64,000 nt of DNA, taken from the IMG/VR virus record IMGVR_UViG_2882707223_000001; one strand, written 5' to 3'. Under the pieces are notes generated by a model. The model was not told the origin of the DNA. It was given only the letters and a program-made list of their open reading frames with translations, and did not search any database. The first letter of the stretch is position 1. Every line of letters begins with the position of its first letter. Positions 48,990 to 59,660 of the stretch are shown here, one piece after another. A program made the position numbers and the translations under genes. Source of the stretch: an uncultured virus (IMG/VR IMGVR_UViG_2882707223_000001). Its lineage: Duplodnaviria > Heunggongvirae > Uroviricota > Caudoviricetes.

Positions 48990-49397
48990 ATGAATTTGGT
49001 TGAAAAGCTGTTAGCAGTAGACAAAAAGGAATTTGACAAGATCGAGCGCAAGGAGATACCGAGCAGGCAGTTATCCAAACTTTTGGGAACCGATGCAAAA
49101 GTAACAATACAGGCGGTGGAAGGCGATCTTTTCGGTGGATTGTCTGCAAGCGGGTTAGACGATAAAGGGGAGGTTGATTATGGCAGGGCATTTTCAACCA
49201 ACGCCAAAATCGCGGCGGCGGGTATCGTGGATCCGGATCTGAAAGACGAGGCTTTATTAAAGCATTTAGGCGTTGCGACACCGGCAGACGCGGCAAAGAA
49301 GATTTTCAAGGGCGAGATCAATAAAATCTCAACGGAGATCGCAAAGTTGAGCGGTTTCAACGATGAAGAAACAACGGATAAAGAAGTAAAAAACTAA
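48990..49397 (+). CDS. Tail assembly chaperone (XkdN-like), with -1 frameshift extension to 49579
   Basis: DPDLKD..L...LSGF; ends in A AAA AAC TAA with the -1 frame open to 49579. Confidence 0.82.
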   Translation: MNLVEKLLAVDKKEFDKIERKEIPSRQLSKLLGTDAKVTIQAVEGDLFGGLSASGLDDKGEVDYGRAFSTNAKIAAAGIVDPDLKDEALLKHLGVATPADAAKKIFKGEINKISTEIAKLSGFNDEETTDKEVKN

Positions 49398-49580
49398 TTG
49401 AAAGCGATAGGGAGGTAAACATGGATTATCTTCACTATCGCTTTAAAAATTGGAAACCGTTTGAATACATGAGCCTGCCGGAAGGACAAAAGCGCGTAGC
49501 GCGGGCGTATATGCGGCAGGAAATGAGGGATAAAGCGGAAGAAAACAAAGAAATACAAAAAGCGATCGGAGGTGGTTAAT

Positions 49581-52500
49581 GTGGGCAGGGTTATCAGTAC
49601 GGCAATACAATTTATTGACGGTTTCACAAGACCTTCAAGGGAAGTCATACAGAGTATGCGCCAAATGGGGAATGAGGCGATAAAAGCCGGAAAGCAGATC
49701 CAAAACGCCGGTAAGACGATAGCAAACGCCGGTGCCACATTGACAAAGGCAGTAACCCTCCCGATCGCGGGAGTAGCAACCGCAGCTATAAAAATGAGCA
49801 ATGATTTTGAAAATGCTATGGCAAAGGTAGGAACCATTGCAGATACAACCAATACGCCTATGACGGCATTGAAAGAGCAGGTTATTGATCTTTCAAATGC
49901 CGTAGGCGTAGGGGTTACAGACATAGCGGAGGCGCAGTATCAAGCAATATCGGCGGGAGTTGATACGGCGGCGAGCGTTGATTTTGTAAGCACAGCAGTA
50001 AAAGCAGCAAAAGGCGGTTTTACAGATACCACAACGGCGGTAGACGGATTGACAACGGTATTAAATGCCTATGGTTTTGAGGCAAGCAAGGCGACAGAGA
50101 TTAGCGATCAGATGCTACTTGCACAAAATTTTGGTAAAACATCTTTCGGAGATATGGCGAGCAGCATGGGAAAAGTAATCCCGATTGCATCAAGCCTTAA
50201 TGTATCAACAGAAGAATTATTTGGCAGTATTGCGGTGCTTACAAAAAACGGTATTGCAACAAGCGAGGCAGTAACCGGATTAAAGGCGGCGTATAGCAAT
50301 ATTCTAAAACCTTCAGCAGATGCAAGCAAAACAGCGCAGCAACTAGGGTTAGATTTTTCATCAGCACACCTGCAAAGCGTAGGTTGGGCTAAATTCCTAG
50401 ATGAAATAAAAGAAAAGACTGGCGGGAACGCCGAAACAATGGCAAAGCTATTTGGATCAACAGAGGCATTAAACAGTGTTACGGTACTTGCGGGAAAAGG
50501 ATCAGCAGACTTTGCTAAAGTATTGGGGCAAATGGGCGATGCGGCAGGAATGACACAAACAGCATACGAAAAAATGTTGACACCAACGGAACGAATGAAC
50601 ATATCGTTCAATAAAATAAAAAATTCACTAATACAGTTTGGCGCGGCATTAACACCGGCATTTGATAAGGTTGCAGGAATTATTGGTAAAGTTGGCGACA
50701 AACTGAATAATTTGAGCGAAGGGCAGGTCAATGCCATTGTAAAATTTGCGGCGATTGCGGCGGCGATCGGTCCGGTGGTAATGGTTTTTGGAAAAGTTGT
50801 TACAGCGGTAGGAACCGCACAGCGGATATTTGGAACAATCACAAAGACGATAGCAAATTTTGGCGGCATCATGGGCGTTATTACAAGCCCTGCCGGAATA
50901 GTGATCGGCGTACTGGCTGCAATCGCATTAGCGGCGTTTCTGATAATAAAGAATTGGGATAAAGTCAAGGACTTTTTGCAGGGCGTTGGAAATTGGTTTA
51001 AAAATGCGTTTGAAAAAGCGGGTTTTTCGGTCGAGGGATTTAAAAATAAGTTTAGATCAATCGGGAACACGATCGGCAGCATAGCGAGGAAGATAGGCGG
51101 CTTTTGCAAGGCGGTAGCAGGAATATTTAAGAAAGAATTTGCGGGCGATATAAAAGCGGGTGCAGCAGAGGCGGGCGGCATACTGGAAACGCTTGTAGGC
51201 GGCACAGTGGCAGCTTTTGACGGTATTGTAACAGCAGTTGACAAAGGACTGCAGGTATTCGATGCGCTGTTAAGTTTCTTTACCGGTGCATTTTCCGGTA
51301 ATTGGGATAATGCGGCACAGGGTTTTAGAAACAGCCTAAAGAACATTTTCCCGCCCGATATAGCGGAAGGGCTGACAAAGGCTTTTGATACCGTATTGCC
51401 GGTAATAAAGGCGGCAGTATCGGGAGTAAAGGCAATGTTTGGCGGGCTTGTGCAAGATGCAAAGAAGATATTCGGGGGAATTACAACGGTATTTAAGGGC
51501 ATCGGCACAATGTTAAAGGGAATATTCAGCGGTGATGCAGAAACCGCCCTAAAAGGGTTTCAGACGGCAGCAGGCGGCATTGTAGATACAATAGGAAATA
51601 TATTTAAGGCAAAGATAAACGCGATCAAAAATTTCGTTGTGGGCGCGTTCTCTACTTTCCTGCCGGAAAGCGTTGTTAAAAAAATTGCGGGCGTGTTTGA
51701 TGCGGTGGCGAGTGCGTGGGATATTGCGATCGGTGCCGCGAAGGGTTACATCAACGGTTTTGTGCAGGCAATAAAACCGCTGATCGAAAACATAAAGACA
51801 ATTTTTAAAGGCGTGGCGCAGTTTGTAAAGGGCGTGTTTACCGGAGATTGGAAGGGCGCACTGAATGGACTGAAAACAATAGCAAGCGGCGCATTATCCG
51901 GTTTGGTAAACATTATAAAGGCACCGTTTAAGCTGATAGCGAACACGGTAAAAGGCGCGGTTAATTCCTTTAAAAATCTGAATATCGTAAAAAGTATTTT
52001 TACGGCTTTAGGAAATGCGATCAAGAACGTGCTAACCAAGTGCGGCGTTGACATGAAGAAATTCAGCGCAACGGTCAACAATATCAAAACGCGGGTAGGA
52101 AGTATCATAAATGGATTAAAAACAATATTTGGCACCGTGTTTAACGCGATCGGGAAAGTGGTTAAAGCACTGGCAACCGTAATAGCGAATATTTTTGGCA
52201 GAAAGGTAAGCAGCACTTGCAGCGCAGCAGGCGCAGTCATTACGGCGTTTAAAGCGGTGGCAGGCGCGGCATTTAACTTTATTGCCGGAGCCATTAAAAA
52301 AGCAATGAATATCATTGTACCGGTGGTAAAGGTTGCGTTTGGGGCAGTAGGGGGCGCAATTTCCGCAGCAGTAAACACTATTACGTCAATCATAAGCGGG
52401 GTACTCACTGTTTTTGATGGGCTGATAACCTTTATTTCGGGCGTATTTACCGGAAATTGGCGGCAGGCATGGGAAGGTGTAAAGAGCATTTTCAAGGGCA

Positions 52501-52946
52501 TTTTTGACACGTTCGCGGCAATCTGCAAGGCACCGATCAACGCAGTTATAGGCATCATAAACGGCGCAATTTCAGCTTTAAATAAAATCAATGTCACAAT
52601 ACCGGATTGGGTGCCGGGGTTGGGCGGGAAGTCATTCGGGATCAATATACCAACAATACCGCAGCTTTACAAAGGTACGAATAACTGGAAGGGCGGCGTG
52701 GCAATGATCCATGACCGAGGCGGCGAGATCGTAGACCTTCCGCAAGGTTCGAGGGTATACCCGCACGATAAAAGCGTGGAAATGGCGCGGAGAGAGGGAG
52801 AACGGAGCGGATCCGGATCTATCTCAATTAACATTCAGAAATTAGCGGATAAAATAGAAGTACGCAGCGATGAAGATATAGACCGCATAGCGGAGGCATT
52901 GGCGTACAAGTTAAAGAAAATAGCACTTAACACCGGCACAACATAA
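49581..52946 (+). CDS. Tape measure protein
   Basis: ~1120 aa, Ala/Gly-rich with FTGDW-type repeats; TP901-like N-terminal region. Confidence 0.93.
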   Translation: MGRVISTAIQFIDGFTRPSREVIQSMRQMGNEAIKAGKQIQNAGKTIANAGATLTKAVTLPIAGVATAAIKMSNDFENAMAKVGTIADTTNTPMTALKEQVIDLSNAVGVGVTDIAEAQYQAISAGVDTAASVDFVSTAVKAAKGGFTDTTTAVDGLTTVLNAYGFEASKATEISDQMLLAQNFGKTSFGDMASSMGKVIPIASSLNVSTEELFGSIAVLTKNGIATSEAVTGLKAAYSNILKPSADASKTAQQLGLDFSSAHLQSVGWAKFLDEIKEKTGGNAETMAKLFGSTEALNSVTVLAGKGSADFAKVLGQMGDAAGMTQTAYEKMLTPTERMNISFNKIKNSLIQFGAALTPAFDKVAGIIGKVGDKLNNLSEGQVNAIVKFAAIAAAIGPVVMVFGKVVTAVGTAQRIFGTITKTIANFGGIMGVITSPAGIVIGVLAAIALAAFLIIKNWDKVKDFLQGVGNWFKNAFEKAGFSVEGFKNKFRSIGNTIGSIARKIGGFCKAVAGIFKKEFAGDIKAGAAEAGGILETLVGGTVAAFDGIVTAVDKGLQVFDALLSFFTGAFSGNWDNAAQGFRNSLKNIFPPDIAEGLTKAFDTVLPVIKAAVSGVKAMFGGLVQDAKKIFGGITTVFKGIGTMLKGIFSGDAETALKGFQTAAGGIVDTIGNIFKAKINAIKNFVVGAFSTFLPESVVKKIAGVFDAVASAWDIAIGAAKGYINGFVQAIKPLIENIKTIFKGVAQFVKGVFTGDWKGALNGLKTIASGALSGLVNIIKAPFKLIANTVKGAVNSFKNLNIVKSIFTALGNAIKNVLTKCGVDMKKFSATVNNIKTRVGSIINGLKTIFGTVFNAIGKVVKALATVIANIFGRKVSSTCSAAGAVITAFKAVAGAAFNFIAGAIKKAMNIIVPVVKVAFGAVGGAISAAVNTITSIISGVLTVFDGLITFISGVFTGNWRQAWEGVKSIFKGIFDTFAAICKAPINAVIGIINGAISALNKINVTIPDWVPGLGGKSFGINIPTIPQLYKGTNNWKGGVAMIHDRGGEIVDLPQGSRVYPHDKSVEMARREGERSGSGSISINIQKLADKIEVRSDEDIDRIAEALAYKLKKIALNTGTT

Positions 52947-52960
52947 AGGAGGCGGCAAAA

Positions 52961-53599
52961 TTGGAAATTTGGTTAAAGCAGGGCAAGACGAACTTTAGAT
53001 TTGCGGTTTTGCCGTCTGAATACGAATTGACGAGCGAAAGCAACAATACGCAGGTAGTTGTCAATTCGTTAGGCGAAATAAATTTGTTAGGGAAAAGGAA
53101 ATTGAAAAATATTTCCTTTTCCTCCTTTTTTCCGAAACAGAAATACAGTTTTTGCGAATACACGACATTCCCGACACCAAAGGAAAGTGTAAAGCTGATC
53201 GAAAAAATGAAAAATAACGGCGTGTTGCGTCTTACAATGACCGGTGCGCCGGTTAATATGGATTGCACGATAGAAAATTTCACATGGGGCGAGAATGACG
53301 GAACCAAAGACATAAATTTTACGTTGGAGTTTAAAGAGTATCGGAAAGTAAAGGTAAAGACCACAAAGAAAAAAGAAAAGGTTACAAAAAAGGTAACGCC
53401 CGCAGCGACACAGCGGGCGGCAAAAGAAGTACAAAGCACCACATACACCGTAGTAAAGGGCGACAACCTAAGTAAGATCGCAAAGAACCTAACCGGCAGC
53501 AGCGCGAACTGGCAGGCGATCTATAATCAAAATAAGGGGGTTATAGGCGGCAACCCAAACTTAATATACCCCGGTCAACAGTTGGTGATTAACGTATGA
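52961..53599 (+). CDS. LysM-containing tail tube initiator (XkdP-like)
   Basis: C-terminal YTVVKGDNLSKIA...NPNLIYPGQ. Confidence 0.88.
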   Translation: MEIWLKQGKTNFRFAVLPSEYELTSESNNTQVVVNSLGEINLLGKRKLKNISFSSFFPKQKYSFCEYTTFPTPKESVKLIEKMKNNGVLRLTMTGAPVNMDCTIENFTWGENDGTKDINFTLEFKEYRKVKVKTTKKKEKVTKKVTPAATQRAAKEVQSTTYTVVKGDNLSKIAKNLTGSSANWQAIYNQNKGVIGGNPNLIYPGQQLVINV

Positions 53600-54594
53600 A
53601 AATAAAATGGATTAGGCACAAAAACGGCTATGTATATACAAGCGACATAACGCAGGCGGTTTCAAGTGTTTCATGGAGCGGATCCGTATCGCAGGCGGCG
53701 CGTACCGCAGAAATAGCGGTTATCAATGCGCCAAATGATAAGAATGTAAATAATTTAAAGCTGAACATCGGCGCGGGGCAGGTAATAAAGCTATATGAGG
53801 GCGGCGATCTAATTTTTTTCGGAGAAGTGCAGAGCGCAAGGAAAACGAGCGAAACCGGCACCGTAACATATACTTGCTATGATCTGTTAAATCACTTGCT
53901 TAAAAGCACCGGCGTTTATAATTTTTCTGACACAACGGCAGAACGGATCACAAAAAAGGTATGCGCCGATTTGGAGATTAAAACCGGCAGCATCGCGGCG
54001 ACAAAGGCGACAATAAAAAAGATGATTATAGACGGCGACACGTTCTATGATATTATTATGAAAGCCTACACAAAAGCGGCAAAACAGACCGGAAAGAAAT
54101 ATATTTGCCGCATGGACGGATCAAAATTGTCGGTTGAGGTCAAGGGAAAGAAAGTTAAAAATTTCGTACTGGCAGAGGAATACAACATCACAAACGCCGA
54201 GTACGAGGAAACAATAGAAAACATGGTAAATGTGGTAAAGATTTATGATGAAAAAGGGGCGCAGGTTGGGGAAGTAAAGAAGGATAAATGGGTAGAGAAA
54301 TACGGTATCTATCAGCAGATTTATAAAAAGGAAAAGGGGATAAATGAGCAGGCGGCGGCTAAAAGTATGTTGCAGGGCGTGGAAAAGCGGGTAACGGTTG
54401 AGGGGATAAACGGCGATCTAAAGTGCGTCGCGGGTAACGGCGTAGAGGTTTACGACAAAGCAACCGGATTAAATGGGCTGTTTTGGATTGACAGCGATAC
54501 CCACACATGGGAGAACGGCACACACATAATGAGTTTGGAGTTAAATTTTAAAAATATCATGGATAGCAAGGAATACGAGGAAAACGAGGAATAG
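53596..54594 (+). CDS. Baseplate hub (XkdQ-like)
   Basis: VSWSGS..QAAR, position and size. Confidence 0.8.
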   Translation: MKIKWIRHKNGYVYTSDITQAVSSVSWSGSVSQAARTAEIAVINAPNDKNVNNLKLNIGAGQVIKLYEGGDLIFFGEVQSARKTSETGTVTYTCYDLLNHLLKSTGVYNFSDTTAERITKKVCADLEIKTGSIAATKATIKKMIIDGDTFYDIIMKAYTKAAKQTGKKYICRMDGSKLSVEVKGKKVKNFVLAEEYNITNAEYEETIENMVNVVKIYDEKGAQVGEVKKDKWVEKYGIYQQIYKKEKGINEQAAAKSMLQGVEKRVTVEGINGDLKCVAGNGVEVYDKATGLNGLFWIDSDTHTWENGTHIMSLELNFKNIMDSKEYEENEE

Positions 54595-54614
54595 AGAGAG
54601 GGGGGGGCGCGGGA

Positions 54615-54920
54615 ATGAACAACCCATACGAGGAAATATTAGGAATAATGAGGAATGAGGGGAAAAAGGACAATACCGCGCCGATCCAAATAGGCGTAAT
54701 GACCGGCGCGGCAAGCTGCAAGATCGGCAAGCTGACATTATCGGGCGGCGATTTGCTGATAGCGGAACATTTAAAAACCGGCTATCATTGTGCGGTTTAT
54801 GATGATACACCGTCAAAAAAAGATAAGAATACATTCGTTGCGCCACTAAAGAACGGCGACAAAGTGGCGGTTTACCGGATCAGTGATGAATTGTATATTA
54901 TTTTGGAAAGGTTGGTGTAG
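54615..54920 (+). CDS. Baseplate spike-like protein (XkdR/DUF2577-like)
   Basis: LKNGDKVAV...YIILER; position. Confidence 0.7.
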   Translation: MNNPYEEILGIMRNEGKKDNTAPIQIGVMTGAASCKIGKLTLSGGDLLIAEHLKTGYHCAVYDDTPSKKDKNTFVAPLKNGDKVAVYRISDELYIILERLV

Positions 54921-54923
54921 CGC

Positions 54924-55361
54924 ATGAATTTATTACCGGCATATATTGAGGACGAGGACGAAATAGAAGAACTGGAGGAAGAAATAAAGCCTCCGAGGGA
55001 ATACGGCATAGACTTTAAAACCGGACAGCTAACCGGCGAAATAGTGGAAGGGAAAGAGGCTATAAAGGTTTGGATATGGCTTGTTCTGCAAACGCCGCGT
55101 TACCGGTACTATATCTATACATGGGATTACGGAAACGAATTTGAGGATCTTATAGGAAAGGGATATACAGAGGAATATATAGAGGCAGAGGCGCAGAGAA
55201 TGACGGAGGATTGCCTGCTTGTAAATGAGAACATACAGAGCATAACAGAATTTAGCGTAAATATGGCGGGCGACACCTTAACCGTATCATTTATGGCAAA
55301 CACCATATACGGCGAAATAGAATTTAAGGACGAGGCGATCGCAAGACCGGCAGCGGCATAA
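54924..55361 (+). CDS. Baseplate wedge protein (XkdS/DUF2634-like)
   Basis: VEGKEAIKVW...RYRYYIYTWDYG. Confidence 0.82.
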   Translation: MNLLPAYIEDEDEIEELEEEIKPPREYGIDFKTGQLTGEIVEGKEAIKVWIWLVLQTPRYRYYIYTWDYGNEFEDLIGKGYTEEYIEAEAQRMTEDCLLVNENIQSITEFSVNMAGDTLTVSFMANTIYGEIEFKDEAIARPAAA

Positions 55362-55373
55362 GGGGGTGATAAG

Positions 55374-56441
55374 ATGTTATTTGATGATAAGACGCAAAAC
55401 AATATTATGATTGACTTGAAAGAGGCGACAGATCCGGACACGAACACCGAGGAAGGAACGCTTATAGATCATTCCTTTAGGGGAGCCGCCGCCGAGTTTG
55501 AGCAGGCATATATTGAATTGGGATTGATAGACCAAAACGGATATGCGGAAACAGCAGACCGAGAGCATTTAATATTAAGGGCAAAGGAAAGGGGCATAGA
55601 ACCGTTTCCGGCATCTAATGCAGTTTGGAAAGCGGAATTTAATATTGATGTGGAATTAAACGCCCGCTTTTCGGCAGGGGAATTAACCTACATATGCGCT
55701 GAAAAGATAGAGCCGAGGAAATACCGGCTTATGTGCGAGCAGACCGGCACAAAGGGAAATATAAAGCAGGAAGAACTGGCACCGATTGAATATATAGACG
55801 GTTTCGACAACGGGGAATTAACGGAACTTTTGAAACCGGCGCGAGATGATGAAGAAACGGAGGCTTTTCGGGCGCGGTACATTTCCATTGTTTCGGCGGC
55901 GCAGGCATTTGGCGGCAATCGCGCACAGTACAAAGCGATGATGCACGAAATAGAGGGAGTCGGAGCCTGCAAAATATACCGCGTGACACAGAAAGAAAAG
56001 AAAATAAAGATATATTTTCTTGACAGCACATATAAAACGCCAAACAATGCCCTTGTATCAGATGTGCAGGAAATCATAGATCCGATTGGCAAGCAGGGCG
56101 AGGGAGAGGGAGAGGCGACAATATTTCATGTAGTGGATATTTACCCCTGCATATCGGAAATGGTAAAAATCGAGGCAGAAATAACGATAGATACCGGCTA
56201 TGTATGGGAGGACTTGTTACCGAGCATACAAGAGCGGATAGACGGCTATTTTTTGGAGTTGGCGAAAGGTTGGGAGAATGAAGAACATATAACCGTAAGA
56301 ATATTAAAGGTAAACGCGGCAATCGCAAGCGTGGAGGGGATTGTAGATGTGCAGGACACAGCTTTAAATGGCAAAGAGGAAAACCTGCTTTTAGATCCGA
56401 ACGCAATACCGGTTAGGGGCGTGATTTTATGCAGACCTTAA
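55374..56441 (+). CDS. Baseplate J-like protein (XkdT)
   Basis: DEETEAFRARY, FGGNRAQY, VEGIVDV. Confidence 0.88.
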   Translation: MLFDDKTQNNIMIDLKEATDPDTNTEEGTLIDHSFRGAAAEFEQAYIELGLIDQNGYAETADREHLILRAKERGIEPFPASNAVWKAEFNIDVELNARFSAGELTYICAEKIEPRKYRLMCEQTGTKGNIKQEELAPIEYIDGFDNGELTELLKPARDDEETEAFRARYISIVSAAQAFGGNRAQYKAMMHEIEGVGACKIYRVTQKEKKIKIYFLDSTYKTPNNALVSDVQEIIDPIGKQGEGEGEATIFHVVDIYPCISEMVKIEAEITIDTGYVWEDLLPSIQERIDGYFLELAKGWENEEHITVRILKVNAAIASVEGIVDVQDTALNGKEENLLLDPNAIPVRGVILCRP

Positions 56442-57409
56442 TATTAAACCATTATCCTCCAGTGATAAAGCAGATCAAGGAAATGCAGCAGATTGCAAAG
56501 GCAGAGGATATAGAGTTTTCAAAGCTGAATGTATCAATCAATGAAGTTATACGAAATATGTTTGTGTTTACGGCAGACGAAACCGGCGTTATGAGGTTTG
56601 AAAAGCTGTTAGGGATAAAACCCAATGCGGCGCAGAGTTTGGACGATCGGAAAATATACATTCTTTCCATGATGAACCGGCGCAAAATGAGTTTGTCGGA
56701 ACTAATGGCGATGTTATCCAATTATTCGGAGGGCATTACGATATTAAACGACATTGCGAACATGGAAATGATCGTAGAGATAAACACCGATGCGGGCAGT
56801 TTGGATATGTTAAACAAAATCATTGACGAGATCCTGCCGTTGAATATTTATTTCATGTTTGCGATGCAGAGGGAAACCGTCATAAAGTATAGAATAGAAG
56901 ATCTAATTTTTATGGCGTTTGAACCGGCAGCAGCCGACACAGAATATTGCAATTTTGATAACAACATAACGGAGAGGAAGGAAACCGGCTACATTCAGAA
57001 TGTGGGCGGCTTTTCTTTTGTGCATGAGGAAAACCCGATCAGCGGGCAGGCAGTTTGCGGCGTAGAATGTTGTTTAGGATTGCAGGCACCGTTTGAGTTG
57101 AAACAAGGGGAAATAACCATAGAAACGGCAGCAGAGAGCATAGAAACGCCGGTTATGCCTTGCAGCGATGATTTAACGGTTATCGGGGAATATGCGCCAT
57201 TTGAAACGCGGGAAAGCGTTATAAGCATAGAAACAGCAGGAAACGGCACCACAACGCCGGTTATAGCTTGCGGCGACAATACCGCAGCCATTGGAACCGA
57301 TCCGCCGTTTGAGATGCAGGAGAGCGCGGCAGCGTTGCAAATGAACACAGAGGCGGCAACAAATGATTTGATGATGTGCGGCACAGATTACGCGAGAGAG
57401 GAGGGCTAA
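56429..57409 (+). CDS. Baseplate protein (XkdU/DUF2313-like) with repetitive C-terminal extension
   Basis: FVFTADETGVMRFEKLLGI...LDDRK; three ~36-aa repeats at the C-terminus. Confidence 0.75.
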   Translation: MQTLILNHYPPVIKQIKEMQQIAKAEDIEFSKLNVSINEVIRNMFVFTADETGVMRFEKLLGIKPNAAQSLDDRKIYILSMMNRRKMSLSELMAMLSNYSEGITILNDIANMEMIVEINTDAGSLDMLNKIIDEILPLNIYFMFAMQRETVIKYRIEDLIFMAFEPAAADTEYCNFDNNITERKETGYIQNVGGFSFVHEENPISGQAVCGVECCLGLQAPFELKQGEITIETAAESIETPVMPCSDDLTVIGEYAPFETRESVISIETAGNGTTTPVIACGDNTAAIGTDPPFEMQESAAALQMNTEAATNDLMMCGTDYAREEG

Positions 57410-57410
57410 A

Positions 57411-57692
57411 ATGTTAAAAGAAAGGCTTTTGCAGTATGCGGAAAGCATAGTAAAAAGGGCGACATATACCATTAACGGAGAGGAAAAAGAAGGAACCATT
57501 GGCAAGGTTACGCGATCCGGCGATAGCATCACATTTTACATTTATATTGATGATGAAACCAACGGAACAATCACAAATGCCAAATTATACGATGTCAATA
57601 ACGAACTTTTGGAAAGCAAGGATTATAACACCAAGAAGGACACACTGGCAACCGCAACTATTGGCATCAGAATAACCATAAAGAAAGAGTAA
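57411..57692 (+). CDS. Small tail/baseplate protein
   Basis: Operonic, beta-rich 93 aa. Confidence 0.6.
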   Translation: MLKERLLQYAESIVKRATYTINGEEKEGTIGKVTRSGDSITFYIYIDDETNGTITNAKLYDVNNELLESKDYNTKKDTLATATIGIRITIKKE

Positions 57693-57707
57693 GGAGGGTA
57701 AAGCGGA

Positions 57708-58220
57708 ATGTATGATCTGATTTTATGGAAAAACCGCCGAACTGAAAAGAGCAACACATACACAATCACGGCAAACATTGATCCCGAAACAAAACAGCCG
57801 GACGGCACCTACAAATTAACGCCGGTTTTCGGGGAAGTGATAGAGGCGGGAACAAGTTTCAATCAGCAGAACATGAACCACATGGAAAGCGGCATCAACG
57901 AGGCTATGATAATTGCCAACATGGGAATTATTCAGTTGAGGCAGCACCAAAGGGAATTAGAAAACACCTATTTTGAAACCGGAACCGCAAAAATAAGCAG
58001 TAATGAAAATTACCCATTCAACAAAGAAAGCGTAACGGTTGCAATGGGTAAAGCCCGCAACACGTTAGATTATATCGTGATTGCGTTTTGCGATGATTTG
58101 CAGCAGGGGCGGGCAATCCGGATCAAGGATAAGCAGTTAAACGGTTTTAAAATCGAGGTTGAGGACTGCCCGAAAACGCCGGTAACTATAAAATATTTCA
58201 TTTTAGGAGGTATGATGTAA
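57708..58220 (+). CDS. Tail fibre-associated protein
   Basis: GTSFNQQNMNHMESGI fibre-type motif. Confidence 0.6.
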   Translation: MYDLILWKNRRTEKSNTYTITANIDPETKQPDGTYKLTPVFGEVIEAGTSFNQQNMNHMESGINEAMIIANMGIIQLRQHQRELENTYFETGTAKISSNENYPFNKESVTVAMGKARNTLDYIVIAFCDDLQQGRAIRIKDKQLNGFKIEVEDCPKTPVTIKYFILGGMM

Positions 58221-58567
58221 TGGGAAAGATCGAGGTTATCGAAAAGAACGCCGGAAAAAAGATCAGTTACGAAATGGACGGCAACACGCTATGGATCGGA
58301 GATGCGATCGCTATGAAGTTGCAGCGGTTACAGACCGATGATGTGGTAAAAAAAGACATTTGCGCGGACAAAGACGGAAATTTGGTTTTTGGTTTGGGCG
58401 AAAATTACGTTGCACAGGTTGAGATCCCGCCACGCGAATATGATTATATCGCAGGGGAGCCGGACGGCGACGGAAAGCCGACAACGGAAAAGGTACAGAA
58501 AAGTTTTGATGTTTCAAGATGCACACTGACATTATGGAGTATTGAGGAGGTATATATCAATGAGTAG
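58220..58567 (+). CDS. Tail-associated hypothetical protein
   Basis: Operonic, directly before the DGR target. Confidence 0.6.
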   Translation: MGKIEVIEKNAGKKISYEMDGNTLWIGDAIAMKLQRLQTDDVVKKDICADKDGNLVFGLGENYVAQVEIPPREYDYIAGEPDGDGKPTTEKVQKSFDVSRCTLTLWSIEEVYINE

Positions 58568-59612
58568 TTACGAAGATTTGAGAGGCGCAGCAGCAAATGA
58601 CGAGATTATTTTGGACGATATGGGGATCCCTTCGGTTATGGTAAAAGTGCCGCTTGTGTATTTGGACGAATTGGGGATCGGATCAGCCCACACGCCACAC
58701 CCTGCATTTATTATCAATGATAAAGTGGTGCCGTATATCTATGTTTCCAAGTACATCAATGTAGTTAAGAACAACCGCGCCTATTCCCTGCCTAATCAGG
58801 ATCCGGCAAACTGCATCACGTTTGATCGGGCGGTTGAAGTTTGCTATAACAAGGGCGCGGGCTGGCATCTTATGACGGCGGCAGAGTGGGGCGTATTGCA
58901 TAATCTCATTACGGCAGCAGGATTAGAGCCGCGCGGTAATACATTGCAGGGCAAGTCGCATATAAAGGCGTATGAAAGGGGCGTGTTAAGCCCGCAGAAC
59001 CCCACCAACGTATACCGGACATTGACCGGCACCGGAGGCAAAAACTGGGAGGCGTTGGGCGTAAATGATATTGTCGGGAATGTGCATAAATGGGTTGTGG
59101 CGCGTTTGGTAAATGGGGAAATTCAGATCGTGCCGAACAATAACGCGGCGATCCACAATACCGATTTGGGCGTAAACAGCGCAGCATGGCGGGCGATTAT
59201 GCCAAACGGTACATTGGTTGCGCCGGGGGCGGCAGGCACACTGAAATTTGACTATACCGGAAATCCTGCAAATGGCACATCGGCATTTCATATCACAACC
59301 ACATTAGAGCATAAGCAGGCAGACGATAACGCGGGGTACGGCGCGAAAGATTTCGGAACACTGACAGCAAAAGCCGGTGTAACAATCCCCGATCTGTTAA
59401 AAGCCCTTGCGTTATTCCCGAACAGCGACAAGACCGGTAGAGGGTTTATGTATTTCCGCAACAATGGGGAGCGGTTGCTTTTTCGTGGCGGTTATTATGG
59501 TGATGGCGGTAGCGCAGGAGAGGCTCACGGCCGTTTCTACTCCCCGCGTTCTCTCTCCTATGTGCATGTGGGGTTGTTTTCCGCTTATGTGGATCCTGCG
59601 CTTTATGCTTGA
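58560..59612 (+). CDS. DGR target protein (Mtd-like C-type lectin/FGE fold, probable receptor-binding protein)
   Basis: GWHLMTAAEW, DIVGNVHKWV, C-terminal FRGG...VGLFSA encoded by the VR. Confidence 0.88.
   Translation: MSSYEDLRGAAANDEIILDDMGIPSVMVKVPLVYLDELGIGSAHTPHPAFIINDKVVPYIYVSKYINVVKNNRAYSLPNQDPANCITFDRAVEVCYNKGAGWHLMTAAEWGVLHNLITAAGLEPRGNTLQGKSHIKAYERGVLSPQNPTNVYRTLTGTGGKNWEALGVNDIVGNVHKWVVARLVNGEIQIVPNNNAAIHNTDLGVNSAAWRAIMPNGTLVAPGAAGTLKFDYTGNPANGTSAFHITTTLEHKQADDNAGYGAKDFGTLTAKAGVTIPDLLKALALFPNSDKTGRGFMYFRNNGERLLFRGGYYGDGGSAGEAHGRFYSPRSLSYVHVGLFSAYVDPALYA
59472..59586 (+). repeat. DGR variable repeat (VR)
   Basis: 115-bp ungapped match to 60095-60209 with 14 substitutions. Confidence 0.95.
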
Positions 59613-59619
59613 TCCTTGT

Positions 59620-59641
59620 GGCGTATGCGGCAGCATACGCC
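59620..59641 (+). promoter_or_regulatory. DGR homing hairpin downstream of VR/IMH
   Basis: GGCGTATGC-GGCA-GCATACGCC: 9-bp stem, 4-nt loop. Confidence 0.85.
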
Positions 59642-59660
59642 TATTTTTTGAGAGGTAAAA

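Noticed and set aside
50108..52645. 466-aa and 299-aa minus-strand ORFs
   Set aside because: Shadows of the low-complexity tape measure gene.
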